From: Octopus sinensis
Taxonomy: Eukaryota
Direction: 5' to 3'
Assembly: GCF_006345805.1 (NCBI RefSeq)
Contig: NW_021831924.1
Coordinates: forward strand, 1-55,636
Length of the DNA stretch: 55,636 bases
A program made the translations under genes and the position numbers. The number at the start of each line of letters is the position of its first letter. Positions within the stretch are counted from its first letter, which is position 1. This document shows, piece by piece, positions 1 to 12,923 of the stretch. A model generated the notes under the pieces. The model had not been told where the DNA came from and ran no database searches. It saw nothing but the letters and a program-made list of their open reading frames with translations.

Positions 1-299
1 CCCGAATTTACTCCTATACTTAATGAGGTACGACGTGGGACATGAACCCAAGCTTGTATAGCGTGCCGTGTACTTTCATGCAATTATTTACAGTCAAAAT
101 ACAAAATGACTTCTGTTTGAAGAAAAGCAATAAAGAACGTGAAAGAACGTGAAGTTAGAAAAGTGGAATGAAAGAAACGAAAATGGAAACGCAGATGAAA
201 GTAAATAAGAGATGCGTCTTTTGTCTCTTTAAAATGGGAACTAATATAGTTGATGCAGTTAATTCAACAGGGAAAGGTTAAAGTTTGTGAGGCTGCGTG

Positions 300-800
300 C
301 TTACTCCGTAGAGGGTGGTGTTTTCCAGTTCAATAATAGAAATTTGTTCAGATTCTTACATTTAGTGAAAATTTCGGATGTAAAATTCAGTAGGCCAGTA
401 AAGTTCTTAGATCTAAAAAGGATATGAGATTTTTCAGCTATACATAGCTTTCACCTCCTTGACACATCAACACATAGCGTGGATCGTTCCACGATGCTCA
501 CCATCAAGGAAAGCGTCGTGGGAGTTCTTTTTTGATGTCTTGACAAAGTGTATATTGGACTGCAATGTATTCTGTCTTCTTTTCTATGATAGAAGAGTGT
601 GACTGGAAAAAAGATTTTGTTGCCATTTGTATTTGTCCAGGAAAAGTATATCTAAAACTACTCTGTTGTTTATCTTTAAAAAAGGGAGGGTATGATTTTA
701 GGGGTACTAAGCTGCTATTTGTAGCAAGTCCTGTGTTAGTTGCAAACATCTTCGCCGATTCGTTCCAAGTGTTCCAACCGTCAAAGTACAAAGAAAGCTT
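300..800 (-). mobile_element. Penelope-like element remnant, C-terminal GIY-YIG endonuclease region (decayed)
   Basis: Minus-strand translation gives PFFKDKQQSSFRY...IEKKTEYIAVQY (ORF 504-791). After a frameshift it gives KLCIAEKSHILFRSKNFTGLLNFTSEIFTKCKNLNKFLLLNW, matching the PLE C-terminal pattern CxLCxxEKxxIL...LNxxSExxxKCxHxNKFLL. Confidence 0.55.
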
Positions 801-1536
801 TACTGAACTCGGTTGCTGAGCCGAAGGCCAATGTTTTGAAGTTTGTAATGGTTGTCCATTTTAATACAAATGTTTAGCTGACCAATTGATGTTCGAGGAC
901 ATTCATGAATCAGTTAGTTTCAATCAACAGCTGTTTCACATGTCCTGGTCTTTTGTTGTGGTTGTTGTTATTGTTGTTCTTCAGTCAAGGTCAGCCCTGA
1001 TCAAGTATAAAGTTTTTTGATATTTTCTAAATTAAAATGAAAATAAAGTACGACTACATTATCCTGTGTACGATATTTTAAAAGGCGGTAGGTTTTGTGG
1101 TTATGTGTATGCATGCATGTATGTACATACGTATGGATATATGCAAGTATATGGATGCATATATGCATGCACGTATGTATGTTTACTTTGCACGTGTGCA
1201 TCTTTACATGCATCATTTTATCTTTCACTTGTCTTTGTCATTAGACTGCGGACATAGTGGGAGACAGCCTTAAAGAATTTTTAGTCGAATGCACATACAT
1301 ACGCATGTTCGTATGTATGTATGTATGTATGTATGTATGTATGTATGTGTGAATGTATGTATGTGTGCATGTATGCTTGTATGCATATATGTGTGTGTGT
1401 ATGTACGTACGTTCGTAGTATGTATGTATGTATGTATGTACATCATCAAGAGCAAATAACTCCTTTACTTATTTGGACGTAATTGGTCCACATGTATACC
1501 TGTACAGAATGCACTGTAAGAAAGTGCGATTGATGC

Positions 1537-1586
<50 letters not shown>

Positions 1587-1654
1587 GAAATCGACTAGTT
1601 CGGTACTGCTATGGTGGGTGAATTGTTGGCTAATGTATGCGGCTCGATTTATGG

Positions 1655-1823
1655 CCAGTATATATGTCTTGTCTTCAGTCGAATCGCTTGGTTACGAAGA
1701 CCTGAACAAACCATCAGCAGTTGTCAAGCGCTGGTGGGAGATAAACACAAAGACACACAAACACACAGACACACATACGTATACACGTACACACACACAC
1801 ACACACACAACGCACAACACACA

Positions 1824-1861
<38 letters not shown>

Positions 1862-2030
1862 AAACACAAGACAGGCTTCTTTCAGTTTCTGTCTACCAAA
1901 TCCACTCGCAAGACTTTGGTCGGCCCAAGGCTATGGCAGAAAATACCCAAGGTTCTGCGCAGTAGGTCTGAACCCAGAACTATGCTGTTGGGAAGTGACC
2001 GTCTTAACACATAACCATGCCTACCCCTAT
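1655..2030 (-). mobile_element. Diverged tRNA-derived SINE (OK-like family) with internal (CA)n
   Basis: Degenerate match to the family core AAATCCACTCACAAGGCTTTGGTCGGCCC...AGAAGACAC seen in the intact copies. Confidence 0.7.
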
Positions 2031-2601
2031 ATGCATGTGTGGGAGTATATATCGGATATGTGGCTAATATGTACTTATATGAATTTCTATGTGTGTGTGT
2101 AGATTTTGAGATAAAGTAGGTTGTTAAACTAGACGGCAGTAAGATAACAGGTGAGTAAATTGTTTTTAAGGGACGGAATAATTGATGTTTTATAAGGATG
2201 CATTTGATAGAGGTGTGACATTTCAAATTGTGAGTTCGTGTCTGTGTTTTAACCGCTCTTCAGTGTAACGTGTGTTTGTGAGTCGGGGTGGTTTTTAAAT
2301 TGTAGCTATCAAGGTATTCAGTATCGTCTTTGTACATATGTATATACATTCGTTCAAGGGTGAATGAAAGTTCGTTTCCCCAATCGGGTGGTCATGTGTT
2401 CGATGACGCTGCTTAACGTTTTGAGTATGCATCTTTGCGATAGCCAATGGTTGATTGAAAAGTTTGGAGTGAAATGAAGAAGACGGAAACTGCATAGATG
2501 CCTGTGATCCAAAGCAGCAGCTTTGTGACTCACTGTACCATACTCATTTGAGGATTAAGTTAAGGGTACACATGTATATATTTGTGTGTGAGTGTGCGTA
2601 G

Positions 2602-2714
2602 ATAGGCGCGGGCGGAGCTGTGCGGTAAGAAGCTTGTTTCCCAACAACATGGTGGCGCGTGCAGTGGCACCTTGGCAAGTTTTTTATCTGTAATCTCGGG
2701 CTGACCAAAGCCAT
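2602..2714 (+). mobile_element. Diverged 5' fragment of OK-like SINE
   Basis: AGGCGCGGGCGGAGCTGTGCGGTAAGAAGCTTG...GGCACCTTGGCAAG resembles the head of the copy at 5391. Confidence 0.55.
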
Positions 2715-2715
2715 G

Positions 2716-2747
<32 letters not shown>

Positions 2748-2811
2748 TGTATGTATGTATGTATGTATGTATGTATGTATGTATGTATGTATGCTTGTAT
2801 GAGCATACGTA

Positions 2812-2847
<36 letters not shown>

Positions 2848-2866
2848 CATATTACATATATATATA

Positions 2867-3045
2867 CTGGAGCAGCGTCTTTAATCGAACAAATCAAGAC
2901 CAGGACATATTCTTTGTAAGCCTAGTACTTATTCTATCTTCCTCTTTTGCCGAACCGCTAAGTTACGGCGACCTAAACACACCAACATCGGTTGTCAAGA
3001 TCGGTGGGGGACAAAACACGAGACAAAAAAATAATACAACATAGA

Positions 3046-3076
<31 letters not shown>

Positions 3077-3093
3077 CATACATACATACATAC

Positions 3094-3129
<36 letters not shown>

Positions 3130-3362
3130 TATAATATATATATATCTAATATATATATATTATATATATATATATATTATATATATATATATGTAAATAC
3201 GACGGGCTTCTCTCAGTTCCCTTCTACCAAATCCACTCACAAGGCTTTGGTCGGCCCGAGGCTATAGTAGAAGACACTTGCCCAAGGTCCCATGCAGTGG
3301 GACTAAACCCGGAACCATGTGGTTGGGAAGCAGGCTTCTTACACACAGTCACTCCTGCGCCT
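2867..3362 (-). mobile_element. OK-like tRNA-derived SINE with expanded internal microsatellite
   Basis: Reverse complement of the family consensus; ends ...CACTCCTGCGCCT. Confidence 0.85.
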
Positions 3363-3377
3363 ATGTATGTATATATA

Positions 3378-3421
<44 letters not shown>

Positions 3422-3621
3422 AAATAGAAAGATGAATAATCTTGTAGTGGATTAATCAAAAGTTTAACCGATACTTAGTAGCAAAAATCACAGCAGTGAA
3501 CAGCACGGTTGGAGTACAACCATCTGGCGTTGCAACCGTGCGTTGGTGCGGATAATTGAAATTAAAACATTATTGGTGAATTGAAGAAATGGAGCTGAAA
3601 CGCAGATTGAACAGAACATCG

Positions 3622-3720
3622 TTTTATTTCATCTACACGTGTTTCGAAAGGCACAAATTACCAAAATCCGATGGAATAATGGGACCATATTGTGTCTTTC
3701 TCTTCAGGAAGAAAAAAGAA
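3622..3720 (-). ncRNA. Type I hammerhead ribozyme motif (left arm)
   Basis: Minus strand: TTTTTTCTTC-CTGAAGA-GAAAGACACAA...TTGTGCCTTTC-GAAAC-ACGT-GTA-GATGAAATAAAA. Core intact, 10 of 11 bp in helix II, palindromic ACGT loop III, GUA cleavage triplet, imperfect helix I. Confidence 0.75.
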
Positions 3721-5218
3721 ATCCGTTGGAAAAACAAAAACAGAACAGAGGCAGAGCAAAAAAACAAATCGAACTGTGCTCCTAAAGCCCATGGCGAAAC
3801 TGTTTATCAGTGTATGTTGAGAACCGGTGGCTGAAGAATTCAACAGGTCAGGCATCGGTCAAACATGGGGTGGCGGGGTGTATAGATGTTCTTGTGACCG
3901 AGAATAAAGTTCTGACTATTTAAAGAATATTGGATGTTTTATAAGGGGCGAGAAAAAATCTACTTAGAGACGTGTGTGGTGTATACTGTTCTTATATGTG
4001 TGCGTTGGCGTAGGGGTAGAAAAACATTTTTTGTGTACGGTGTGCGTTTGATCGTTCGGCTGTCAGTGGCTACTGCCGTGATAACCGTGGGTGGCAGAAG
4101 AAAAAAAATAAAGAAATTATATATATATATTTTATGTTTTATGTGTGTTGTGTGTTCATCTAAGCCTACCTTGACAAGGAAACCCCCGCTGTGAAAAAAC
4201 AAGCCCCGTTTGTCTTACAGGAGTAATTTCCCCCCTTGCAGTGGTTAATTGTAGATATCTAAAAATCTATTTCAGAATTTGTTACCAAGGCTATGGGTGC
4301 CGTGTCTTATTTATGAACGCTATTTAAAGGCCAGATAAGTGTAACGCCGCCAATGGGCAGGCATCGAAAGCGACTGTAAGAGCCGTTACCATCCGGCCTC
4401 TGGCAAACAAAATATGGAAGAGTTCGGAGACACAAAGGTTGCACTGATTCTGCCCCTATCAAATGGAGGGCCACCGACAAATTGACCATTCCAGCCTATA
4501 GCTTAAGTTCGCATCCTCAGTCGCCATATTAGCTTAATGAGTCCCGTGGTCTGGCGCTTGTTTCACGTCCCGAAAAGTTGCGTAATGGTTGGAGACACCA
4601 CAAGACAATCTTGAGGACGATGCCCCTATATAAGTGAAGGCATCTGAGTCCGTGTAAACCTTGCATGGTAGACGGCGCGTTTTTGATCTTGGAGGGAAAT
4701 ACTCCTGTAAGACAAACGGGGCTTGTTTTTTCACAGCGGGGGGTTTCCTTGTCAAGGTAGGCTTAGATGTGAACACACACACACACACATAAAACATAAA
4801 AATATATATATAATTTCTTTATTTTTTTCTTTCTGCCACCCCACGGTTTATCACGGCAGTAGCCACTGACAGCCCGAACGATCAAACGCACACACGTACA
4901 CAAAAAATGTTTTTTTCTACCCCTACGCAACGCACACATTATATAAACAGTATACACACACACACGTCTCTAAGTAGATTTTTTCTCGCCCCTTAAAAAC
5001 ATCCAATATTCTTTAAAATAGTCAGAACTTTATTCTCGGTCACAAAGAACATCTATACACCCCCACCCACATGTTTGACCGATGCCTGACCTGTTGAATT
5101 CTTCAGCCACGGTTCTCACATACACTGATAAAACGTTTCGCCATGGGCTCTTAGGAGCACAGTTCGATTTGTTTTTTGCTCTGCCTCTGTTCTGTTTTTG
5201 TTTTTCCAACGGATTTCC

Positions 5219-5315
5219 TTTTTTCTTCCTGAAGAGAAAGACACAATATGGTCCCATATTCAATCGTGGATTTTGGAATTTGTGCCTTTCGAAACACGTG
5301 TAGAATGAAATAAAA
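5219..5315 (+). ncRNA. Type I hammerhead ribozyme motif (right arm)
   Basis: CTGAAGA 5229-5235, helix II GAAAGACACAA/TTGTGCCTTTC, GAAAC 5291-5295, ACGT, GTA 5300-5302. Confidence 0.75.
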
Positions 5316-5390
5316 CGATTTCTGTTCAATCTGCGTTAAGCTCATTTCTTCATTCACCAATAATGTTATATTATATATTATATATATATA

Positions 5391-5795
5391 AGCGCAGGAG
5401 TGGCTGTGTGGTAAGTAGCTTGCTTACCAGCCACATGGTTCCGGGTTCAGTCCCACTACGTGACATCTTGGGCAAGTGTCTTCTGCTATAGCCCCGGGCC
5501 GACCAATGCCTTGTGAGTGGATCTGGTAGATGGAAACTGAAAGAAGCCTGTCGTATATATGTATATATATATGTGTATGTGTGTGTGTTTGTGTGTCTGT
5601 GTTTGTCCCCCTAGCATTGCTTGACTACCGATGCTGGTGTGTTTACGTCCCCGTACATTAGCGGTTCGGCAAAAGAGACCGATAGAATAAGTACTAGGCT
5701 TACAAAGAATAAGTTCCGGGGTCGATTTGCTCGACTAAAGGCGGTGCTCCAGCATGGCCGCAGTCAAATGACTGAAACAAGTAAAAGAGTAAAGA

Positions 5796-5796
<1 letters not shown>
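5391..5796 (+). mobile_element. Full-length OK-like tRNA-derived SINE
   Basis: tRNA-like head with A/B-box-like GTGGTAAG and GGTTCAGTCCC, internal (TA)/(TG) tract, 3' end GGCCGCAGTCAAATGACTGAAACAAGTAAAAGAG. The family name is from recall. Confidence 0.9.
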
Positions 5797-5871
<75 letters not shown>

Positions 5872-6257
5872 TCTCTTTACTCATTGCTCTTTTACTTGTT
5901 TCAGTCATTTGACTGCGGCCATGCTGGAGCACCGCCTTTAGTCGAGCAAATCGACCCCGGGACTTATTCTTTCGGTCTCTTTTGCCGAACCGCTAAGTGA
6001 CGGGGACGTAAACACACCAGCATCGGTTGTCAAGCAATGCTAGAGGGACAAACACAGACAAACATATACACACACATACACATACATATATACATATATA
6101 CGACCGGCTTCTTTCAGTTTCCGTCTACCAAATCCACTCACAACGCATTGGTCGGCCCGGGGCTATAGCAGAAGACACTTACCCAAGATGCCACGCAGTG
6201 GGACTGAACCCGGAAGCATGTGGTTGGTTAGCAAGCTACTTACCACACAGCCACTCC
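5872..6257 (-). mobile_element. Near full-length OK-like SINE, tail-to-tail with the previous copy
   Basis: Reverse complement of 5391-5796 with a short internal deletion. Confidence 0.9.
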
Positions 6258-6261
6258 ATAT

Positions 6262-6264
6262 TTA

Positions 6265-6305
<41 letters not shown>

Positions 6306-6537
6306 TATGTATATATGTATATATACATACATATATATATATAGTATATATATATATGTATGTATATATACACACATATAACATACATATATAATATATA
6401 TATATTATATATATATATATTACATATATATATACATATATACACACACATATATATATATGCATATACATATACATATATATGCATGTATATATGTATG
6501 TATGTATGTATCTATCTATCTACCTATCTATCTATCC

Positions 6538-6615
<78 letters not shown>

Positions 6616-6628
6616 ATATATATATATA
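6262..6628. repeat. Compound (TA)n/(TATG)n/(TCTA)n microsatellite
   Basis: Direct reading. Confidence 0.95.
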
Positions 6629-6936
6629 AAGTTGCCACGTCTCTGAACCATCTTATAAACCCCTCATTAACCCTGCTAAACTCTTTATAAAATCTGCCAG
6701 GATATTTTCTAGAGAAGGCTTTTGAAAAACACGTACATAATCGTCTTTAATTCTGACACGTCAAGGGTTGGCAGCGATTCTTTCAGAGATTCTGTTTACC
6801 GAGTCTTATTGATACAATTCTTAGAACGGTAAATATACCCACAAAGTCTCGAACAATTTCTGTTTCCCAACATCGTCATCCAGTTAATTCGGAAAACCTC
6901 TCATTCCAGTCCCTTAACTCCTTGTTTGTTTTTTTC

Positions 6937-7000
<64 letters not shown>

Positions 7001-7026
7001 GTTGTTGTTGTTGTTGTTGTTGTTGC

Positions 7027-7098
<72 letters not shown>
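6937..7098. repeat. Alternating (ATT)n/(GTT)n microsatellite
   Basis: Direct reading; it produces the poly-Y/C/I/V/L ORFs. Confidence 0.95.
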
Positions 7099-7099
<1 letters not shown>

Positions 7100-7438
7100 A
7101 TTATTATTATTATTATTACAATTTTTCTATCCCGTCTTCATCCACTGTCATCAGCTCGACCCCACAACCCGCCCGCCAAACCACTCGTGCTTTGTGCTAT
7201 TCTTTCATCAACAACCACCTCACCCACGCCACCTGTCTCACCGACCTTCCCACACTTCTCCAACCCTTACCACACCCACCGTCTGTTTTCCTTACCATTT
7301 CATATTATCTGTTAAAAAAAAAAAAAGAAAGAATTTTAAATGTTTTACAAGTTTGTTTATTTCTCTATTTTGTTTGTTTTTGCCCCTTTGAAATCTTCAA
7401 GACAAAGAATTTTTGGCACTTTACAATATCATCAATAA

Positions 7439-7483
<45 letters not shown>

Positions 7484-8459
7484 CTATACGCATGCACATA
7501 TATATACTGTGCCTATATATATGTATATATATTATATATATACATATATATTTACACACATAGATGCGTAGAGACATACACACACACACACTCATATATA
7601 TATATATATATATATAAAACATAGACAAATTGTATTTCTGTATATGTGAATATTTGTATGTATATATCTATATTATATATATATTATATATATATATTTA
7701 TAATATATATATTCACATACCTATACATATAGGCACACACGCACGAATAAATGCAAGCGTACACACACGAAAATGTATATGTATATATGCGCGTATATAT
7801 ATATATATGTATATATATGTATACACATACATACACACACACGCACACACACATATATATGTACATATATATGTAAATGTTTAGGGGGTACCGTGCTCGT
7901 CTTATCCGTTAACAATGGTGGCTAACCTCTATGAATGTAGATAAACTCCAGTTAGTTGAATTTACTATACTGAGTTAATCCTCACTTAGTTAAATCCAAA
8001 TGTCCTTATAAAGACTGCATAGTGTCGGTAGAGCAGAAATAATAGATTAATAAATATTAGGGTAATAGACTTAACAGGTCCAAGTTTTGTTTTACAATTA
8101 AATACATCTTAAATATAGAGGGCATTAAAACGTTTGGACAGATAAGCGACACAAAGGCGGACAAGAGAAACAACAATTAGAAGGACGGGCGAAAAAGACG
8201 GGTCATTCTTGGCTTTCTTACTTCAGTCAAGTACCAGAAGTCACGACCATTTCGGACACTTGAGATGGTTCAGTCTGGTTGTCCCCCCAAAGTCTAAGCT
8301 AAGAGCATTAGACCCCTTTGTAAGAAACCTAGCAGATGTGTCGGCAACAACGAGAAAAAAACGGAGAACAAGGTACAGAATTACGAATACAAAAACAACA
8401 TATATATAGATATATATATATATATATAAATATATAATATAATATATATAACTTTTTTT

Positions 8460-9280
8460 GCATTATCTTCGTTTTCTTAATATTAATTCTGAATCCACAT
8501 TTTTTTTTGCTCTCTGAGCGTTTATGTTGATTTTTTTTATGCTTCTAGAAATGCGTACAATCATTAACGAATTGTGATGATTTAGCATGCATCCATTTAT
8601 ATTTATTCCTTTATCTGAACAATGTAAATTTTTAACGATATGTTTTAATACAGATGTGAATAATTTGGGTGATATGATATCTCCTTGTCTGACTCCTTTT
8701 CCAATTTTGATATTCCTCGCTTCGTTGTTTATTGTTGCTGTAGTTCTACTGTAGGTGAACACATCCTCCAATAACTTCACGTAGTTTGCTTCGATTCCGT
8801 TTTCGATCCCAGTGCTATTAATATACTACCAATTTCTTCAGAATCAAAAGCTATCTACAATTTAACAATTGTATATATATATACACACTGTTATGTTTAG
8901 CAACATACCGTTATGGTTAACAGCATAACGATATGTTGTTAGTAATTTTCCCTTCAGTTGGTTTATAGCATTCATGTGGTCTATGTTGCTATAGCTTTTC
9001 ATGAAGCCTCCATATTCTGATGTAGTGTTCTCATCCAGCTTTCTCTCAATTCTTTCTGATATGATTTATGAGATCTTGTAGATACGTGATAGCAGATTGA
9101 TTGGCCTCTAGTTCTTTAGATTTTTGGCATTCTATTTTTTTATAAAGAAAGATCGGTCTTCTCCACTTATCCGGTATCTTATGTTCATGTAGGCATTTAA
9201 TATATAGAACTTAGTTCCTTTTCTGTGCTTAGTCCAACCACTTTTATTACGTCGATTTCAATCCTATCTGGATCCATCTA
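8460..9280 (-). mobile_element. RTE-clade LINE reverse transcriptase, N-terminal half (inverted segment)
   Basis: Translates to PDRIEIDVIK...NLKNxRPINLLSRIYK...IAFDS...YVKLLEDV...KIGKGVRQGDIISPKLFT...GININGCMLNH...GFRINIKKTKIM; stops and frameshifts present. Confidence 0.85.
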
Positions 9281-9910
9281 CTCACAGATGGGAATGTAGT
9301 AATAAATGATGAAATAGTTGAACATGTAAAACAATACACATAATATCCTTAAAGGATAAAAAGACAGAAAAAGGAATTGAATGACGAATACAATTAGCAT
9401 TGGCAACCTTTGCTAAATTGAATGACGTCATGAGCAGTAATTTGCCCATTTGTCTAAAAAGAAAGGTTTCCAACCAGTCTGTGCTGCTTACCATTACGTA
9501 TGCATCAGAAACATGGATCGAACAGGTGCGTTGGAAATAGATTAAGATCAATACAAAAAGTCACGGAAAGAAGAATGCTGAAGATTAACAAAATGGATAA
9601 GTGGAGAAACAACAGTTTATGAATGACAACAAGTTTAACGGTTGTTATCCGGAAAATAAACATTCTGAAATGGTCTTCGGCGAGACATGTATTTAGAAGA
9701 AAGGATAACAGATGGAAGCGCAAATTGACAGCGTAGACATCACGTCTAGAAAGAAGAAGGACAGGAAAACCATACAGATCTTGGAATGAAGACTTTGTTA
9801 AATTCTTCGGCACCCAAGCATGGATGAGGAAAACATCAGACCATGGTTGGTGGAGTGGACATGCTGAGACATTCGTCCAACAGTGGACTGAATATGTGCA
9901 AGGATGGTGA
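9281..9910 (+). mobile_element. RTE-clade LINE RT, C-terminal half and 3' end
   Basis: Translates to DGNVVINDEIVEHVKQY...RIQLALATFAKLNDVMSSNLPICLKRKV...TITYASETW...WNEDFVKFFGTQAWMRKTSDH...ETFVQQW. Confidence 0.8.
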
Positions 9911-10039
9911 TTCTGGGTGTTAATATAGTCTCAGAGAATGTGCATACACTTACAGGTATGCATGCATGTTTGTATATATAAATATATGTATATAAGTATA
10001 TACGCATATGTATAATACTTCTCTCTCTCTCTCTCTCTC

Positions 10040-10104
<65 letters not shown>

Positions 10105-11244
10105 ATAATAATATATATACACACACATATATATATATGTGTGTGTGTGTGTATATATGAAACATACACACATACATCCATACATACATACCTACGTACA
10201 TACATACATTCAAACACATATTCGTGCGTATATCATGTAGATTATTTTCCTTATCTCTGCGGAGATAAAGAAAAATGCCATTATTTAGTTTTGTTACAAC
10301 AGACGATCGCAACGGTAATTTGTGAAAGATTTACGGAAAAGTAAATCTTTCGCTATATGAACAGCAGAGAGTGAATGCTTTTAAGCGCTGCACTCCCGTA
10401 TTTGCCCGTGTATAAGATGCTCTCTCGAATCAGATAAATCTCTATATTTTTCTGGAAGGGAGTATATTTTGTGGGAAAAACAAATTTAGTATGTTTCATT
10501 AAACTTTCATACATTCGTTATCCCGTCCGCAATACCGTCGCATTAGACGCGTGGTGAATTTTTGCTACATTTAAGAATAAAATATATTCGTCTTATGCAT
10601 CGGCATATGCGTTAATCAATCAAATCCTTAAATAGATAAACTCTCAATGTTCTCTATATGTAAATCGAATCGGTCGAGTAAACACATCTTCACTTCATGA
10701 CAATATAAAAATCATCGGCGATATTTTATTTGTGGGCAGATCAAATGTTAGTGTATGTATTTCTCATGAGAATCAAACCAGATTAGGATCCGGTCAGATA
10801 AATCCCTTTTTTTGTTTTTTTTCGTCCTCAGAGAGAAAGAAGATGCGTCTAAACCTATAAGCCTCGATGTTTGTCTGTCTTGAAACAAACAACATGATCA
10901 TTTCTCAACGAATGTTTACCAAAACTTACACACAAATACAAAACCATTCCGCGACATCGCATAAGGTCCGAGATCTCCTTCGGAGTAAAACAGAGAAGAG
11001 AAGAAAAGAAGATATTGAAGGACTGATAATTGTAATGGAGAAGTAAGCTCTCTCTGTCGTTTCACGCTAGTTCTTGATCCTCTTTCTCTCTTTCTCACTC
11101 TCACTCATACATTCACACTCACTGCTACTAAGAACAGAAACTGTCACTGTCAATAAAAAAAAGTATTCAATATAGAAATAGTTGTAGCATTTATATATAA
11201 TATAATGGAATAAAATTAAATCTTACAAAATAGCTATCACGTTT

Positions 11245-11420
11245 CGGCGAGTCGAGATAGCTAGCTTGTAAGGTTAATACGTTCTGAGTTCAAATGTCAT
11301 CGTATATATCATCCTCTCAGGGTCGACAAAATAAGTACCAGTTGAGTACTGATGTTGACGTAATCGACTTATCTCTAGCCCGAAATTACTGGCCTTGTGC
11401 CCAAATTTGAAAACAATATT
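11245..11420 (+). mobile_element. Diverged CORE-type (OR2-like) SINE
   Basis: GTTCTGAGTTCAAAT...GGTCGACAAAATAAGTACCAGTTGAGTACT...TAATCGACTT, homologous to 17208-17417 in the opposite orientation. Confidence 0.65.
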
Positions 11421-11659
11421 AACATCCACTCACCCAAAAATACATTCATCTCTACTTATCTACCTATACCTGTATATACAGGTGCGGCTGTGCGGTAAGA
11501 AGTTGTGGGTTCAGCGTGGCACTTTGAACAAGTGTTTTCTACAATAACCACGGACTGACCATATGTATACACACACACACACACTCATATATGTATATAT
11601 ATTATATATATAATATAATATATATATATATATTATATATATAATATATATTATATATA

Positions 11660-12260
11660 TATATAAGGAGATAATAAAAATAATATGCATACATACAAAC
11701 ATATATGTACGTACTACATCTACATGTATATATACATGCATATATAAATAATTATACGGGAGTACAGGACAAAACAATAAGACGTAGAAACGGAAAAAAA
11801 CAAAAAACAAAAACAAGAAAACGGAAAACGAAAAACAAGAAAACGAAAAACAAGTACAGGACGAACTACACAAGGACAAAACCCCCGTCATCAGCTGTTG
11901 CTAGAGGAGTCAGGCATGTTTCGAAGGCATAGACAGAACACTAATCCAATAGGCCTTCCTGCGAGAGAATTTAAATAAAATTCCAAGCAGCGGGGCAGAA
12001 TGAGTACGAACACAAACAAGACGTAACAATAAAACTGCAAAATTAAAATACATGTACAGAAACAAACACACAAGAGGACGAACGAAAAAGCCTTTTTTCT
12101 GGCATAGACAAACAATAAAACTGCAAAAATAAAAATACATGTACAAATATAAAAATACATAAATACAAAATACATCAAGTACAGGACATCACCAACGAGT
12201 GAAAAATATGTAAACAGAAAATGAGAGACAATTGCGGTACAAAATACAACAAGAAATCTA
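11660..12260 (-). mobile_element. Unclassified interspersed repeat (family shared with 20575-21274), possibly PLE pseudo-LTR derived
   Basis: Shares AGTACAGGAC..., CATCAGCTG...TGTTTCGAAGG...CAGAACAC, ATTTAAATAAAATTC and TACATGTATATATACATGCAT blocks with 20575-21016. Confidence 0.6.
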
Positions 12261-12771
12261 ACCCCTCCTCAAACGTCGACTGTTAATTACTCCCTATTTC
12301 GAGCTTTCAATGGCAATATAGGAAAGCTTCATTAAACAGCAGCACCCAGAAATTTTTAAAGAATAAAATTTTTGGAGAGTTAGAGCTTTGAACGAACAAA
12401 CAACGACAGGGTGGACGTACAGAGTAAACATTCGACGAAAACAAACATTAAGGGTCGTTAGGCTAAAATGCATTGTGATGGGTAACGTCTGGGAGAGATT
12501 TTGAAAGGATAGATAATAAATACAAGAGAAAAAAATAATAGAAGAGAAAAAAAGAGAGAGATAAAAAATGTCGCTAGGTGAGAATAAATGACGTCCAGTT
12601 AAGTACGCGTCCAGAAAAGACAGAGGTGAGAAAAAATGGCCTGTAGTCACGTGGGAAGATATATTCTGTAATATATATAGTCTTCAGACCCTAAATCTGT
12701 TTGCCTATGAAGAAATGCTGTAATGCTCGCTTTATGAATGTGAAACCCAGGGTAACCACATAGACCGGCCA

Positions 12772-12886
<115 letters not shown>

Positions 12887-12923
12887 TTAGCTTAGAAAGA
12901 ATGAGCCAATAGAAAATGAAGGG

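Larger units (their letters stand above)
3566..5367 (-). mobile_element. Penelope-like element derivative: GIY-YIG remnant flanked by ~670-bp inverted pseudo-LTR arms
   Basis: 3566-4235 is the reverse complement of 4691-5367. The spacer on the minus strand translates, with frameshifts, to AVYHA/KVYTDSDAFTYIGASSSRLS.VSNHYATFR...LIWRL...LSYRLEWSIC...NQCNLCVSELFHILF. Confidence 0.8.

Noticed and set aside
3830-3870. CTGAAGA...CAAAC as a second hammerhead in the arm
   Set aside because: GAAA is missing and there is no helix II or NUH.
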